Shown: positions 48,259 to 58,823 of the stretch, piece by piece | How positions within the stretch are numbered: the stretch's first letter is position 1 | Layout: each line of letters opens with the position of its first letter | Assembly (NCBI GenBank): GCA_965237675.1 | Contig: OZ250150.1 | Coordinates: 2,208,001-2,272,000, forward strand | Reading direction: 5' to 3' | Origin: Candidatus Latescibacterota bacterium | GTDB taxonomy: Bacteria; Latescibacterota; UBA2968; GCA-2709665 | DNA: 64,000 nt | Program-made: the position numbers and the translations under genes | The notes under the pieces: generated by a model | Told to the model about the DNA's origin: nothing | Databases searched by the model: none | The model's input: the letters and a program-made list of their open reading frames with translations, nothing else

Positions 48259-51200
48259 CTACCAATGCGTGGTTAGTCTACACCGAACGCCGTGCACCGG
48301 GTTTCCTCGGCCCGGACTCTCTCTGCGACTGACATCGAAGCCCAGGTCGAAGTTGATGGTGCCTTCCTGCAACAAGGCCAGGTCGTAGCCCAGTTGGTAG
48401 TCCCGACCGTATTCGGAGGTCCCTATTCCGATTCTCGGGCTCACCACCAGGCTGCGATAGATCGGCAGTCCGTAGCCAAACTCGGCCTGCAGACTTTGGC
48501 CTGACGTGGGGACGCCGGGCGCCATCCCCGCCATCGTCGGCCGGTTCCAGAGTGCTCCGGCTCCGCTCTGGGCCTGTCCGCCCCAGGCCGGCGCTACCCG
48601 CGCCTTGAAGCCCAACGGCGTCGACGGCGTCGGGTCGTAGCTGAGCGACACAGACAGGCCCCGGTCACGGTAGCCCTCATCCTGATGCACCATCAGGAAC
48701 CGGACCCGCACGTCGACCCTGAGTCCTGTCTCCAAGTCCGATACGATCAGGCCTCCACCGAGATCCATCCCCGTCCCCGTCTCGGCGTCCCCGCCGTCGC
48801 GTCGCAGCCCGATCTCCAGGCTCGGGCCCAGCATCAACCCGCGCTCGAATCCAAATTCGCGCGCGGCCTCCAGGGCCGTACGGTAGCGGGTCACCACCGC
48901 TTCGGTCGCCGCCAGGCGGCCGGAGGGACCTTCCACGCCCTCGATGCCGGTGCCGACCCAAAGGGCATCCGCCTTGAACGCCAAGTTCAGGCCACCCAAC
49001 CCGGAGGCCGCAAGATCACTCCGCAAGCCGCCTGCCGCCATGGCCATGGACAGCCTGCTTTCGAGAGGGTCTCCTTCGCCCGGCGTCAACGTAAGCGCAC
49101 CCTTCCCGTACCCGGTCACACCCCAGAAGGTTACCCGGTCGCTCGCCTTATAGCCGAGCCAGGGGTAGAGACCGGTCACCCGCGTGGTCACATCGCCGAC
49201 GTCCACGCCCGTATAACCGCCCCGGCCTCGGCGGTGGGACAGAGTCAGGCCGGCCATGAGCGGTCCTTTCGCAAAGTCGGCACCCATCATCGTCGCACGG
49301 ACCCGACCGTCAACGGACAGCTCACCTTCGCGGCCCATGAACTGTGTCTGCGCTCCGCGGCTCCACAGTGAGAAGACAACGCCCTGTCCGGTTTCCCGGT
49401 TCCATTCGAAGTTCGAGCCGGTCACCATGTCTCCGCCACCTGCACCCATTCGCAGCAGGCCTCCCGCATCCATCCCGCCGGCCGCCTTCGGCGCACTTTC
49501 GTCGATCTCCAGATTCCGCCGTGACTCCGCACCGGCCATCTCCCCAGCCGGGAAGCCGCCCATCGGATCCCTGCCGTGCTCGGCAGGAGCCCGGGCGCCG
49601 GCCAGACTTGCCAACCCGTTCAGGACGTCGCGAGCGATCTCCCGCTCCAGACCCGGCCGCAGTTCCCGGCCGGCCAGCTTGGCCCGCAGGCCCGACTTGC
49701 GAGGCGCACGGATTCGCTCCGCCACCTGCTCGACCACCTGCACCGCCGACGCGCGCGCGAAGCGCGCCAGAAACGCCTTGGGCATCGGGTCCCGGTTCTC
49801 GATCGTGCCGGTCGCCGTGGCGTCGGAAAGGTAAGCGCTGCCGCCCGAGGCGTTGCTCAGGGTCAACGTGAACGTCTCCTCGCCCTCGTCATGCGCGTCG
49901 TCCAGCAACGCTACCGACACCGTCTTAGAGGTCTCGCCGACCGTGAAAGTGAGCGTGCCGGACGTGTCCACGTAGTCCGCCCCCACCTTGGCCGTGCCGT
50001 TACTGGTCGCGTAGTCCACAGTCACCGGTTCTGACGCAGTGCGGCTCAAGCCCACCACAAAGTCTACCGTCTCACCCTCCGCCTCCGTCCCCCGGGCGTC
50101 ATCCACCGAGAGGGACGGCGGACCCGGCACCGTCGCCGAGTCCCCCGCCGACAACGGACGGTTGCCCCCGATGCAGATGGCACCCGCGTCTCCACAGTCC
50201 GTCGTCGCTGGGAGCCGGATGGTCACGGCGACATTGCCGTCAGGCTCTACGGTGATCTCCCAACGCTTGTTCTTTCCCGGCACGAGACGCCGCACCCCGG
50301 CCACCTGCCCGTTCGTCACCGTGAAGGCCGCCTCGCGCAGCGACGCGTAGGACAGACCCGTCACTTCCTCGCTGAAGCGAAGCTCAAAGGTGAATGGCGC
50401 GCTCCCATCGTGGGCGGTCACCGACATATTCCGGAACTCCGCCGTCAGTGGCACCGGCCCCGGCACCGTCTTCGAGTCCCCCGCCGACAACGGACGAGTC
50501 CCGATGCAGATCGCACCCGACGCTCCGCAGTCCGTCGTCGCCGGAAGTGTAATGGTCACGTCGGCATTGCCGTCGGGCTCGACGGTGATCTCCCAGCGCT
50601 TGTTCTTTCCCGGCACGAGCCGCCGCGCCTTCGTCACCTCCCCGTTTGTCACTGTGAAGGCAGCGTCGCGCAGCGTAGATAAGCTCAGACCCGCCGTCCA
50701 GTTCTCGCTGAAGCGAAGCTCAAAGGTGAACGCCGTACTCCCGTCGTGGGCGGTCACGGAAATATCCCGGATCTCCGCCGTCAGCGCCACTGCAGGCTCA
50801 TCATCATCCTCGATGGTGCCGGTCGCCGTCGCGTCTTTGAGGTACGCGTTGCCACCTGAGGCGTTGCTCAACGTCAGCGTGAACGTCTCGTCGTCCTCGT
50901 CATGCGTGTCGTCCAGCACTGCTACCGACACCGTCTTCGACGTCTCGCCGGACAGGAAAGTGAGCGTGCCGGACGTATCCGCGAAGTCCACTTCGGCGGT
51001 TGCCGAGCCATTACTGGTCGTGTAGTCAACCGTCACTATCTCGGACGCGACGCGGCTCAAACTCACTGCAAAGTCAACCGTCTCACCTGCCGACTCCGTG
51101 CCCCGGGCGTCGGCCATCGAGAGCCCCGGCGGGGGACCCGGCACCGTCGCCGTGTCTCCCGCCGACAGCGGGCGAATTCCGATGCAGATAGCTCCAGGAT

Positions 51201-54200
51201 CTCCACAGTCGGTCGTCGTCAGAAGCCTGATCGCAACGTCCGCATTGCCGTCAGGCTCGACGGTGATTTCCCAGCGCTGGTTCTTTCCCGCCTCGAGCCG
51301 CCGCACACCCGTCACCTCCCCGTTTGTCACCGTGAAGGCATGGTTGAGCAGCGTCGTGTGGCTCAGGCCCGCCGTCCAGTCCTCGCTGAAGCGAAGCTCG
51401 AAGGTGAACGCTGTGCTCCCATCGTGGGTGGTCACAGAAATATCCCGGAACTCCGCCGTCACCGGTGCGGGGGTCACCGTCACCGGCGGGGAACCCCGCA
51501 CCGTCACCGAGTACCCCGCCGACAGCGGGCGGGTCGCGATGCAGATGGCGCCCGTGTCCCCACAGTCCGTCGTCGCAGGAAGCTCGATGGTCACGTCGGC
51601 ATTGCCGTCAGGCTCGACGGTGATTTCCCAGCGCTGGTTCTTTCCCACCTCGAGCCGCCGCACACCCGTCACCTCCCCGTTCGTCACCGTGAAGGCATGG
51701 TTGAGCAGCGTCGTGTGGCTCAGGCCCGCCGTCCAGTCCTCGCTGAAGCGAAGCTCGAAGGTGAACGCTGTGCTCCCATCGTGGGCCTCCACCGAAATAT
51801 CCCGGAACTCCGCCGTCAGCGCCTCCTCCGTGTTGCGGATCGTCCCGATCGCTTCCGCGTCGGCGAGCCGTGCCCCAACAGCGTTGCTCAGGGTGAGCAT
51901 CAGCGTCTCCCCGTCGTCCTCATCCAAGTCGTCTGTGATCGGCACCGAGACCGTCATCGTTGTCTCGCCCGATAAGAACTCCAGCGACCCGCTCGTGGCC
52001 GTGTAGTCGTTGCCTTGCGTCGCCGTGCCATCGGAGGTGGTGTATTCAACTGTTACGCTTGTGGTCGCCGCCGGATTGAGGGTTACCACGAAGTTCAGCG
52101 TCGTGTCGATGTTCTCGGTCGCTTCCGCGTCGGCCACCGAGAGCGCGGGTCCCTGCACCACGGTCGAGCTGTTGGTCACCCGGAAGTTAGTAAAGGACGA
52201 GCCATCGTTCCCATCAGTGTCCTGGATGACGCCGTCGCTGTTGTCTCCGCCGGGGTTCGGGTCGGTGTAGCCAATGGTGACCACCTGGTCCCTATTGATG
52301 ACGGTGGTCAGATAGAGTATGTAGCTGTCCGTTCCGAACCCACCAAGCACTGAAGACGGGCTGTGCCCTGTTCCATCGACAGTTATGGTGAAGGTGGATT
52401 TGGAAGGTATGTTGATTAGGTCAACTGCTTCGTCCATAGTCAAGAGGATTTGTGCGCCGGATGCCGCCGCCGCTGCCGAGACCGGCGCCGGTCCGAAGCC
52501 CCGGCTCGACGGGCCCAGGTCCGAGTTGTTGGTCACCTCGAAATCCTCGAAAGAATCCACCTGGTTCCCTGCCCGGTCGCGAAGCGCTTTGTTGGCGTTA
52601 TTGGGCTTATTGTAAGTCACCGTCACGGTCCGTCTCTGCCTGATGCGCGGTGAGACGCCCAGACGGATGTTCCTCACGTTCTCGTCGAAGATGGTGAACC
52701 TATCCGGGGCAAAAATCGTTCCGATCGGGGTGCCGTCAACCTTGACGGTGAACTCATCCGGTGAAGGAATTCCCAGAGGGCTCAGTTTCCAGTCGAACGT
52801 CACGTAGATTTGGTTTCCCGAACTGAGGAGTTGCCCTGAGACCGGCCTGGCCGACCGCCGCCTGAACTCTGCAGGTGCTCTCCCCGGGACGAACGTCGCC
52901 GGCAGCGTGTTGAATGCGGGCGCGGGGTTTCCCGCTTTGTCGAGTACCTGCAGATCAGTTTCCCCGGTGTACGTGACGTACACCTGCTCTTCGGTGTGCG
53001 GGCTGGGGTCTCCGATGACACCGGAGAGGTTGAGTTTGACGGTTCGGGGATTGTACGTGTTGTCATCGGTAGTGTCAATAATCCTCATCGCACGGACAGA
53101 GCGTCCGAGCACACGCGATTCTGAGTACGACACCCGGAAAGGCGGCGGGGTTCCAGTGTCGTTGAATAAATCAATGGGTGCGTCGTGATTGAGCTCGCGG
53201 CCGTACTCGATGTGTACCTCGGCGCCGTTGACGTTGCCGTTCGTACCGCGTTTTTGGTACCACGTGATGTTCTCTCTCCACTGCCTCCGCGACACCGCCC
53301 CCGCCCGGGTCGCGTACGCCCAGGGCCCTTCGCCGAACGGGCTTTCCCAACGCGCCCGAACGTCGTAGCCGAATCTCGGCTTCACGCGCGCGCTGACTGA
53401 CAAATGCCTGCCTTCTGGTCCCACACTCCACCACCTCCAGTGCTCCTCTGCCTCCGACCACTCCTGGCTGGGGAACTTCCATTGCACGCGGGATTTCGTC
53501 GCCTCGTTGGTCCCGTCAAAGAACACCTTCATCAGTTCGTCCTCGCCTTCCTGCACCGTTTCCACCTGCAGGTCCCTCGGCGCCGACGGCACGTCTTTGA
53601 CGCCGCGCACGGTGTAGCGCACCCGATCCGCGAGACCTTCATTCCCTGAGCATAGCGCTCCCTGCTCATTGCAGGGCAGCGGCTCCAGCGTCAGCGTAAC
53701 GTCGTCGTTACCCGAGGGCTGGACGTTCAACACCAGAAGACGCCTGTCGAAAATATTGATGGATTCCACCGTTCCGCTCGTAACCCAGATCCCGCGGTCC
53801 GGGCCGATCATGTCTGCCAGCTCCGGTCCGGGATTTATGAAGATCTCGCCGTTCGGGCCGGTTATGTCTGTTATATCGTGGCGATACGTCAGGGGGTTCG
53901 TGAACCTCACCTTGACTTCAAAGGACTCGCCGAAGTGGGCACCCGGAACCGTGCCCAGGTGTTGGGTCTGGTAGATCGTCGCTCCGAGCGTCCCGAAGGA
54001 CGCGCCCTCCACCACGGTCCGTACGCGACCCGTACCCGGCTCCGACCACTCGCTCGGCGACACTCCCTCGCCATATAGCGCCTGTACCCGCACCTGGTAC
54101 TGCGTGTCCGCACTCAGCGACCCGATCTGCGTTAAGGTGGCGGTCCCGCTGTGCGGGTAGGGCCTCCACGGCCCGCTCGTGCCCTCCCGGTACTGCACCG

Positions 54201-56352
54201 CGTAGCCCATGGGGGCAAGCGCGTCAACGCGGACCGGCTCCGTCCAGCGTACAATCAAGCTCGTCGTCGAATACCGCGGCCCCTTGACCGAGGTCACGAC
54301 GACCTCGGTAACAATGGCCTTCACGGTGATGATCACGGCAATCGTGGCCGTACCGCCCTTGCCGTCGTCGGCCTTCACTGTCACCTGATGCGTATTCTGC
54401 CCCTGGGGGTTGAGTGGCGCCAGCGTCTTGATCTGGCCGGAGTCATCAATCGTGAAGTTGTCCCTGTCTACGCCCTCCAGCGTGTAGGTCAGGACGTCGC
54501 CGTCCGGATCCACCGCCTCAACAGGCGCCCCTACATTCTCGTTCGCCGGCGTGTTCCCGAGCACGTTGCGCCTTGTCACCAGCGACCCGAATTCGGGCGG
54601 GAGATTCCCGGACAGCTTCACCAGGGCGATGTCGCCCCAGGCCCAGTCCAGGCCCACCGGCTGCGTCCAGTCGTAGCACCTGGAAGTTCCGAGCCTGCTG
54701 CGACCTTCGAAGGCGAAATCGTGGCCGTCGATGCTCAGGATCAACGAGTTGCGGACCGCATCGTTCGGTTCCCTGGCGCCGAAACACAAGGCGACCATAT
54801 TGGCGTTGAAGGGCGACGCGGGTGCGTCGCCGGCAAGAACAACCGCGCGAAAATCATAGGTCTTGCCGCCGACCCGAAATCGGGTTTCGGTCATCGCGCC
54901 CCAACCAGGGCTGCCGCCGGAATATCCCACGGTGCCTGAACCCTCCCCCACCGTCACGTTGGCGGTGAGATCAACGTTCGGATCCGCTGACGGCGCCGAG
55001 GCCTCGCGAACCACCGTCACCGTATATTCCTCAGTCACCGACGGGAACTCCGCTATCACACTTACCGCGATCTGGTTGCGGCCCGGTGTGAGGGAAATCA
55101 TCGCGGTGCCTGGTGTGATAGCGACCGTAGCGCCGTCGTCGTTTGTCGTCGCCGTCACGCTCACCGAGGAGACGCCGTTCGCCACCCAGGCACGATAGGT
55201 GGTGATATCGCTCGCAAACGTCGGGCTCAGCGTCACGCCGGTGCCGAGAGACAGCGCGCTCAGGGTCGCATCGGTAGAACGCGGGATCCGGCTGCCGTTC
55301 ACCTGGTGCCCACTCAGCGTGCCCAGTTCGCTATGGGTGAGCACGGCGTCGAGGGTGTTGCCCGCGTCGCGGATGTGCTCGCCGCTGTCGAGCTTGATGG
55401 CATCCGCCTCGACATTGATGCCGTTAACGTCTATGTCGCTCGCCTGCACTGTGTAGCCGAACACCAGCGCGTCCGTACCCGAGCCGCTGATGAACGCCGC
55501 CGCCGTGGCGGCCCCGTTCATTTCGAACTCGAAGTGTGGCTCGCCCGTCACCGTCACCTGCTGGTCGAACGTCACCGTGAACTCGATCCTCTCGCCAACT
55601 CCGTACGTGTTGTCCGTAGCACGCGGAATCGATGTCACGGCCACCGAGGAAACCTTTGGGGGGATCTCCGTGCCGTTGACGCGGATCCTCATAACCGATC
55701 TAGGTTGTGAATAATATCCAGGAAGACTCCCCGGGCTTACGGGTTCCAGCCTCCAAGCGGAGTTGTGCACATTCCAGCCAGATTTCCCGCCCTCATCCTC
55801 GAAGTTGCTGTTGGTTAGATCCAAGTGGGCCGATCCTCCACTCACATATACAAAGTAGTCGGTGTTGCGAGTGAGCACGGGGGGGTTGTCGGGGTCGGGT
55901 ACCGAAAAGGTCCTGTTGCCGGAGTCGAAGCTGCTCGGAGCCGTCAGCGTCGCCACCACAGTTCCCGTATGACTATCCTTGCGCAGTGTGACGGTCGGGG
56001 CGGCGGTATTAGTGTGAATGGATGAGAATCTTATCTCGATGCTCTCGATTGTGTATCCATTCGGATTCGTACCGGTACGAAATCCTTGAGCAAATTCGAA
56101 TTCCGATGTGGATACTGTGGCTGTGCCTAGACTTTGGCCAATGTTGCTCACCAGCAACTCCGCGTGCGCGAGGCCGGCGCCGCCGAACAGGGGAAACGCA
56201 AACGCAATGGCGAAGGCCGCGATGCGCAATGGCAGCACCCGCAATCCCGCCAGCCTCGGACGAATCTTCGCGGAGATTCCACCAAATACCGCGCCAATCG
56301 AAGTCCTTATCGCTCTCGCATGCTGCACACTATTTCTCAAACAATTCGCCAC
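48259..56352 (-). CDS. Giant multidomain autotransporter adhesin (2697 aa)
   Basis: Long signal peptide, LVSNIGQ/AQGFRTG N-domain, cadherin-like, FN3, SwmB-like, three Calx-beta and four HDGS repeats; C-terminal beta-barrel ending in W. Confidence 0.88.
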   Translation of the reverse strand: MANCLRNSVQHARAIRTSIGAVFGGISAKIRPRLAGLRVLPLRIAAFAIAFAFPLFGGAGLAHAELLVSNIGQSLGTATVSTSEFEFAQGFRTGTNPNGYTIESIEIRFSSIHTNTAAPTVTLRKDSHTGTVVATLTAPSSFDSGNRTFSVPDPDNPPVLTRNTDYFVYVSGGSAHLDLTNSNFEDEGGKSGWNVHNSAWRLEPVSPGSLPGYYSQPRSVMRIRVNGTEIPPKVSSVAVTSIPRATDNTYGVGERIEFTVTFDQQVTVTGEPHFEFEMNGAATAAAFISGSGTDALVFGYTVQASDIDVNGINVEADAIKLDSGEHIRDAGNTLDAVLTHSELGTLSGHQVNGSRIPRSTDATLSALSLGTGVTLSPTFASDITTYRAWVANGVSSVSVTATTNDDGATVAITPGTAMISLTPGRNQIAVSVIAEFPSVTEEYTVTVVREASAPSADPNVDLTANVTVGEGSGTVGYSGGSPGWGAMTETRFRVGGKTYDFRAVVLAGDAPASPFNANMVALCFGAREPNDAVRNSLILSIDGHDFAFEGRSRLGTSRCYDWTQPVGLDWAWGDIALVKLSGNLPPEFGSLVTRRNVLGNTPANENVGAPVEAVDPDGDVLTYTLEGVDRDNFTIDDSGQIKTLAPLNPQGQNTHQVTVKADDGKGGTATIAVIITVKAIVTEVVVTSVKGPRYSTTSLIVRWTEPVRVDALAPMGYAVQYREGTSGPWRPYPHSGTATLTQIGSLSADTQYQVRVQALYGEGVSPSEWSEPGTGRVRTVVEGASFGTLGATIYQTQHLGTVPGAHFGESFEVKVRFTNPLTYRHDITDITGPNGEIFINPGPELADMIGPDRGIWVTSGTVESINIFDRRLLVLNVQPSGNDDVTLTLEPLPCNEQGALCSGNEGLADRVRYTVRGVKDVPSAPRDLQVETVQEGEDELMKVFFDGTNEATKSRVQWKFPSQEWSEAEEHWRWWSVGPEGRHLSVSARVKPRFGYDVRARWESPFGEGPWAYATRAGAVSRRQWRENITWYQKRGTNGNVNGAEVHIEYGRELNHDAPIDLFNDTGTPPPFRVSYSESRVLGRSVRAMRIIDTTDDNTYNPRTVKLNLSGVIGDPSPHTEEQVYVTYTGETDLQVLDKAGNPAPAFNTLPATFVPGRAPAEFRRRSARPVSGQLLSSGNQIYVTFDWKLSPLGIPSPDEFTVKVDGTPIGTIFAPDRFTIFDENVRNIRLGVSPRIRQRRTVTVTYNKPNNANKALRDRAGNQVDSFEDFEVTNNSDLGPSSRGFGPAPVSAAAAASGAQILLTMDEAVDLINIPSKSTFTITVDGTGHSPSSVLGGFGTDSYILYLTTVINRDQVVTIGYTDPNPGGDNSDGVIQDTDGNDGSSFTNFRVTNSSTVVQGPALSVADAEATENIDTTLNFVVTLNPAATTSVTVEYTTSDGTATQGNDYTATSGSLEFLSGETTMTVSVPITDDLDEDDGETLMLTLSNAVGARLADAEAIGTIRNTEEALTAEFRDISVEAHDGSTAFTFELRFSEDWTAGLSHTTLLNHAFTVTNGEVTGVRRLEVGKNQRWEITVEPDGNADVTIELPATTDCGDTGAICIATRPLSAGYSVTVRGSPPVTVTPAPVTAEFRDISVTTHDGSTAFTFELRFSEDWTAGLSHTTLLNHAFTVTNGEVTGVRRLEAGKNQRWEITVEPDGNADVAIRLLTTTDCGDPGAICIGIRPLSAGDTATVPGPPPGLSMADARGTESAGETVDFAVSLSRVASEIVTVDYTTSNGSATAEVDFADTSGTLTFLSGETSKTVSVAVLDDTHDEDDETFTLTLSNASGGNAYLKDATATGTIEDDDEPAVALTAEIRDISVTAHDGSTAFTFELRFSENWTAGLSLSTLRDAAFTVTNGEVTKARRLVPGKNKRWEITVEPDGNADVTITLPATTDCGASGAICIGTRPLSAGDSKTVPGPVPLTAEFRNMSVTAHDGSAPFTFELRFSEEVTGLSYASLREAAFTVTNGQVAGVRRLVPGKNKRWEITVEPDGNVAVTIRLPATTDCGDAGAICIGGNRPLSAGDSATVPGPPSLSVDDARGTEAEGETVDFVVGLSRTASEPVTVDYATSNGTAKVGADYVDTSGTLTFTVGETSKTVSVALLDDAHDEGEETFTLTLSNASGGSAYLSDATATGTIENRDPMPKAFLARFARASAVQVVEQVAERIRAPRKSGLRAKLAGRELRPGLEREIARDVLNGLASLAGARAPAEHGRDPMGGFPAGEMAGAESRRNLEIDESAPKAAGGMDAGGLLRMGAGGGDMVTGSNFEWNRETGQGVVFSLWSRGAQTQFMGREGELSVDGRVRATMMGADFAKGPLMAGLTLSHRRGRGGYTGVDVGDVTTRVTGLYPWLGYKASDRVTFWGVTGYGKGALTLTPGEGDPLESRLSMAMAAGGLRSDLAASGLGGLNLAFKADALWVGTGIEGVEGPSGRLAATEAVVTRYRTALEAAREFGFERGLMLGPSLEIGLRRDGGDAETGTGMDLGGGLIVSDLETGLRVDVRVRFLMVHQDEGYRDRGLSVSLSYDPTPSTPLGFKARVAPAWGGQAQSGAGALWNRPTMAGMAPGVPTSGQSLQAEFGYGLPIYRSLVVSPRIGIGTSEYGRDYQLGYDLALLQEGTINFDLGFDVSRRESPGRGNPVHGVRCRLTTHW
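50125..51825 (-). repeat. Four internal ~105-aa repeats (TAEFRDISV.AHDGSTAFTFELRFSE...DCG..GAIC)
   Basis: Two tandem pairs; the pair within about 51140-51820 is near-identical in DNA at a 357-bp offset. Confidence 0.9.
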
Positions 56353-56511
56353 AGTCGTTTTCTCCTTTCGGTGTTGTTGTTACTTCCGTCTCCCTGAATA
56401 GGGCCGTACCCTAGGCCCTTCGTCCTGTCGAAAGCCGCAAGCTGGCACACAAATCCCTGCTCCGCAGTCGCAGATGAACACACGACGCGCACGCGCAGGG
56501 GGCGCAACCGG

Positions 56512-56992
56512 TCACATCGACGCCGGATTGGTAAGCTCGTAAAGCGATTCCCCGGGATTGTCCGATTCGTCTGCGGTGTAGATGTGGACCTTGACACCAG
56601 AGCCTTCGTTTCCGTCGGGTTCCGTGAATTGGTTGAAGATGGTGGTAACTTCAGTAATCGTGTATCCGGCGGGGTTGGTGCCCGTCGTGAAGCCCTGCGC
56701 CGCCTAGAATCGGTTTCCAAGGACACTACCCACAAATGGGCCATTGCCGCCTGCCGTTTGGCCAAAGTTATTGACCAGTATTACCTCGGTCTGCGCCTGG
56801 GCCGCCACTGCCATCAGTCCGGCGACCATCAGTGACAACGCTCCCGCCAGTGCGACCACTGTGGACAGTACCCGCAATCCTGCCAGCCTCGGGCGAATCC
56901 TCGCGGAGATTCCACCAAATGCCGCGCCGATCGAAGTCCAAATCCCTCTCGCATGACGCGAAGTACGAAGTGCTTTCTAAATAGCAAGCCAT
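56512..56992 (-). pseudogene. Truncated paralogue of the adhesin N-terminus
   Basis: HARGIWTSIGAAFGGISARIRPRLAGLRVL...LVNNFGQ...*AAQGFTTGTNPAGYTI; frameshift near 56956 and in-frame TAG at 56704. Confidence 0.85.
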
Positions 56993-57234
56993 GAATGTTT
57001 CTCCATACCTGTATTGTGATGCACGCCAACAACGGACAAGCAAACTAACTGAAGTTTCGGGGTGTGTGATGACAGGTTCGAATTTGCCATTGCCAGGAAA
57101 GGCACGATCGGTCTGCACCTGCGTCGAAGCTATTGGCGCCGGCGGAGGATCAGCGTAGGTTATCGTCGCCATCTTCGAAAACAGGTAATCCACCCTTGAC
57201 CGGGGCGGTTATATCACCGGAAAAGAACAACCAG

Positions 57235-58659
57235 GGGCAAGTACTATTATTAGTTGAAATAGCAGAGGCGTTCAATCAGCGGCGAAAGCGTTTTGCGTGT
57301 CATGATCGAGCGCGAGATGATTGCGTAGGGCAAGTCTGAGTACGGGAAGAAAGCGGTATCCTTTGATCCTCCGCAATCGGGGCTCGATATCCAACAGCGC
57401 GGCTGCCAACCACCGATATCGCTGATCGGAGTTGTTCCATCGTTTCACATTACGGGTGCGCTGTGCGATCATGGCGTTGAGGGATTCGATGCAGTTGGTG
57501 GTGCGAAACGATTGCTTGAGTTGTGGCATCAGTCCCAGGCGATGGAGGGTGAGGGTTTCTTCGAGCCCTTCCTCCAGGCTGTTGAGGGCCGATGCATTCA
57601 TCAGGGTCAGGGAGGGCTTGAGGGCATACAGCGCGGCTTTGGCTTCTTTGTAGGTGTCCATGTCGTAGGCACTTTGAAGCGCTTTCTTGACCTCACTCTG
57701 CTGTGTCTTGGGCAAATAGGCGATCACGTTCTCCCGTTTGTGCCACTGACAGCGTTGAATGGCGACATAACCGGAAAGGGCTTTTGTGAGGGCACTATAC
57801 AAGCCCTTTGAGCCGTCGATGAGGCAAAGCAGCCCTTGGTGATACTGCAATCCGCGATCGATGAGCGAATCGACAAACTGGCGGCACACGCGCTCATTTT
57901 CGCTGGCGGCCTGCACGAACCCCAGCGGGATCTTGTGCCCGTCGATGGTCACGCCAAGGGCGATGATCATTTCCTGATCGGCAAAGGTCTTGCCATCCAT
58001 AAACAGCCCCACCAGGTCATAGCCCGAAAGAAACCGTTCTTGAAACTGTCTCAGCTTGGCCGCCGATGCCCTGATGAACCGCCTCGAGACACTCGATGAA
58101 GACAAGCCAAACGCCTCGGGTATCGCCTCTGCGCAACTGGCGTAAGAACGCGTCGCAATGCCGCTGACCACGCGCAGCAGCAACCCTCCGTCCATGTTTC
58201 TGGGTCGCTGCAAGTGGTGATATACCTCCAGAGGAACTTCCTCATTGGCTTCCACGTCACGCACCCTGGGCACCGTAATGGGCACTTTTTGATCCGACAG
58301 ATACACCGATCCCGGTTGAGCGCCCCACCGACGATTCGGGGTCTTGCCCGCTTTACGACTGTGTTTCTTGCCCGTCAACCCGGCAACCTCTTGCTGCAAG
58401 ATTTCTGCCACAGCGTCCAGACCAAGCGGGATCAGCGCTTGGATCAATGCCACACGGACGTCAACATCCTCCAGGGCTTCTCCCAGGAAGGCGCCAGACG
58501 TCACCCCGGCATCCCTATTCGACTTGACTTCACGGAGGTTCGACGGTACTTTTTTCATCACAGGCTCCTTTGGTTGAGGATACGGTCTTCTTCGTCGAGA
58601 CTGCCGTATCCAATTTACATCGGAGCCTCTTCTATTTCAACTAAGATAGGCACAATCCC
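57235..58659. mobile_element. IS256-family insertion sequence
   Basis: Imperfect ~35-bp TIRs GGGCAAGTACTATTATTAGTTGAAATAGCAGAGGC / GCCTCTTCTATTTCAACTAAGATAGGCACAATCCC. Confidence 0.88.
57272..58561 (-). CDS. IS256 (Mutator) family transposase
   Basis: LFMDG, LIDGSKGL, QRCQWHK and RTTNCIESLN. Confidence 0.93.
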   Translation of the reverse strand: MMKKVPSNLREVKSNRDAGVTSGAFLGEALEDVDVRVALIQALIPLGLDAVAEILQQEVAGLTGKKHSRKAGKTPNRRWGAQPGSVYLSDQKVPITVPRVRDVEANEEVPLEVYHHLQRPRNMDGGLLLRVVSGIATRSYASCAEAIPEAFGLSSSSVSRRFIRASAAKLRQFQERFLSGYDLVGLFMDGKTFADQEMIIALGVTIDGHKIPLGFVQAASENERVCRQFVDSLIDRGLQYHQGLLCLIDGSKGLYSALTKALSGYVAIQRCQWHKRENVIAYLPKTQQSEVKKALQSAYDMDTYKEAKAALYALKPSLTLMNASALNSLEEGLEETLTLHRLGLMPQLKQSFRTTNCIESLNAMIAQRTRNVKRWNNSDQRYRWLAAALLDIEPRLRRIKGYRFLPVLRLALRNHLALDHDTQNAFAAD

Positions 58660-58823
58660 GAAAAGGAACACAACCAGGCCACCAAGACGTTAGTCCCCGA
58701 CGTCCCCTCGATAGATATCGTCACTTCTGCTGCAGGTCGCGATGCCGGTTTGTGGGAGTAACTTCTGTGACCCGTGTTTTCCTCTTCCACATCCAGAGAT
58801 GTCTCGGTGAGCATCACAGACAT
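58660..58823 (-). pseudogene. Remnant of a surface-protein Ig/Calx-like domain
   Basis: LTETSLDVEE...SRPAAEVTISIEGTSGTNV resembles adhesin repeat domains and is cut by the IS. Confidence 0.4.

Noticed and set aside
50125-51825. Diversity-generating retroelement TR/VR pair in the adhesin or WD40 repeats
   Set aside because: All repeats are in-frame coding units, differences are not adenine-specific, and there is no reverse transcriptase in the window.
56390-56470. Possible riboswitch in the adhesin leader
   Set aside because: Hairpins are present, but I could not match c-di-GMP, cobalamin or TPP consensus elements. An Infernal/Rfam scan would be needed.
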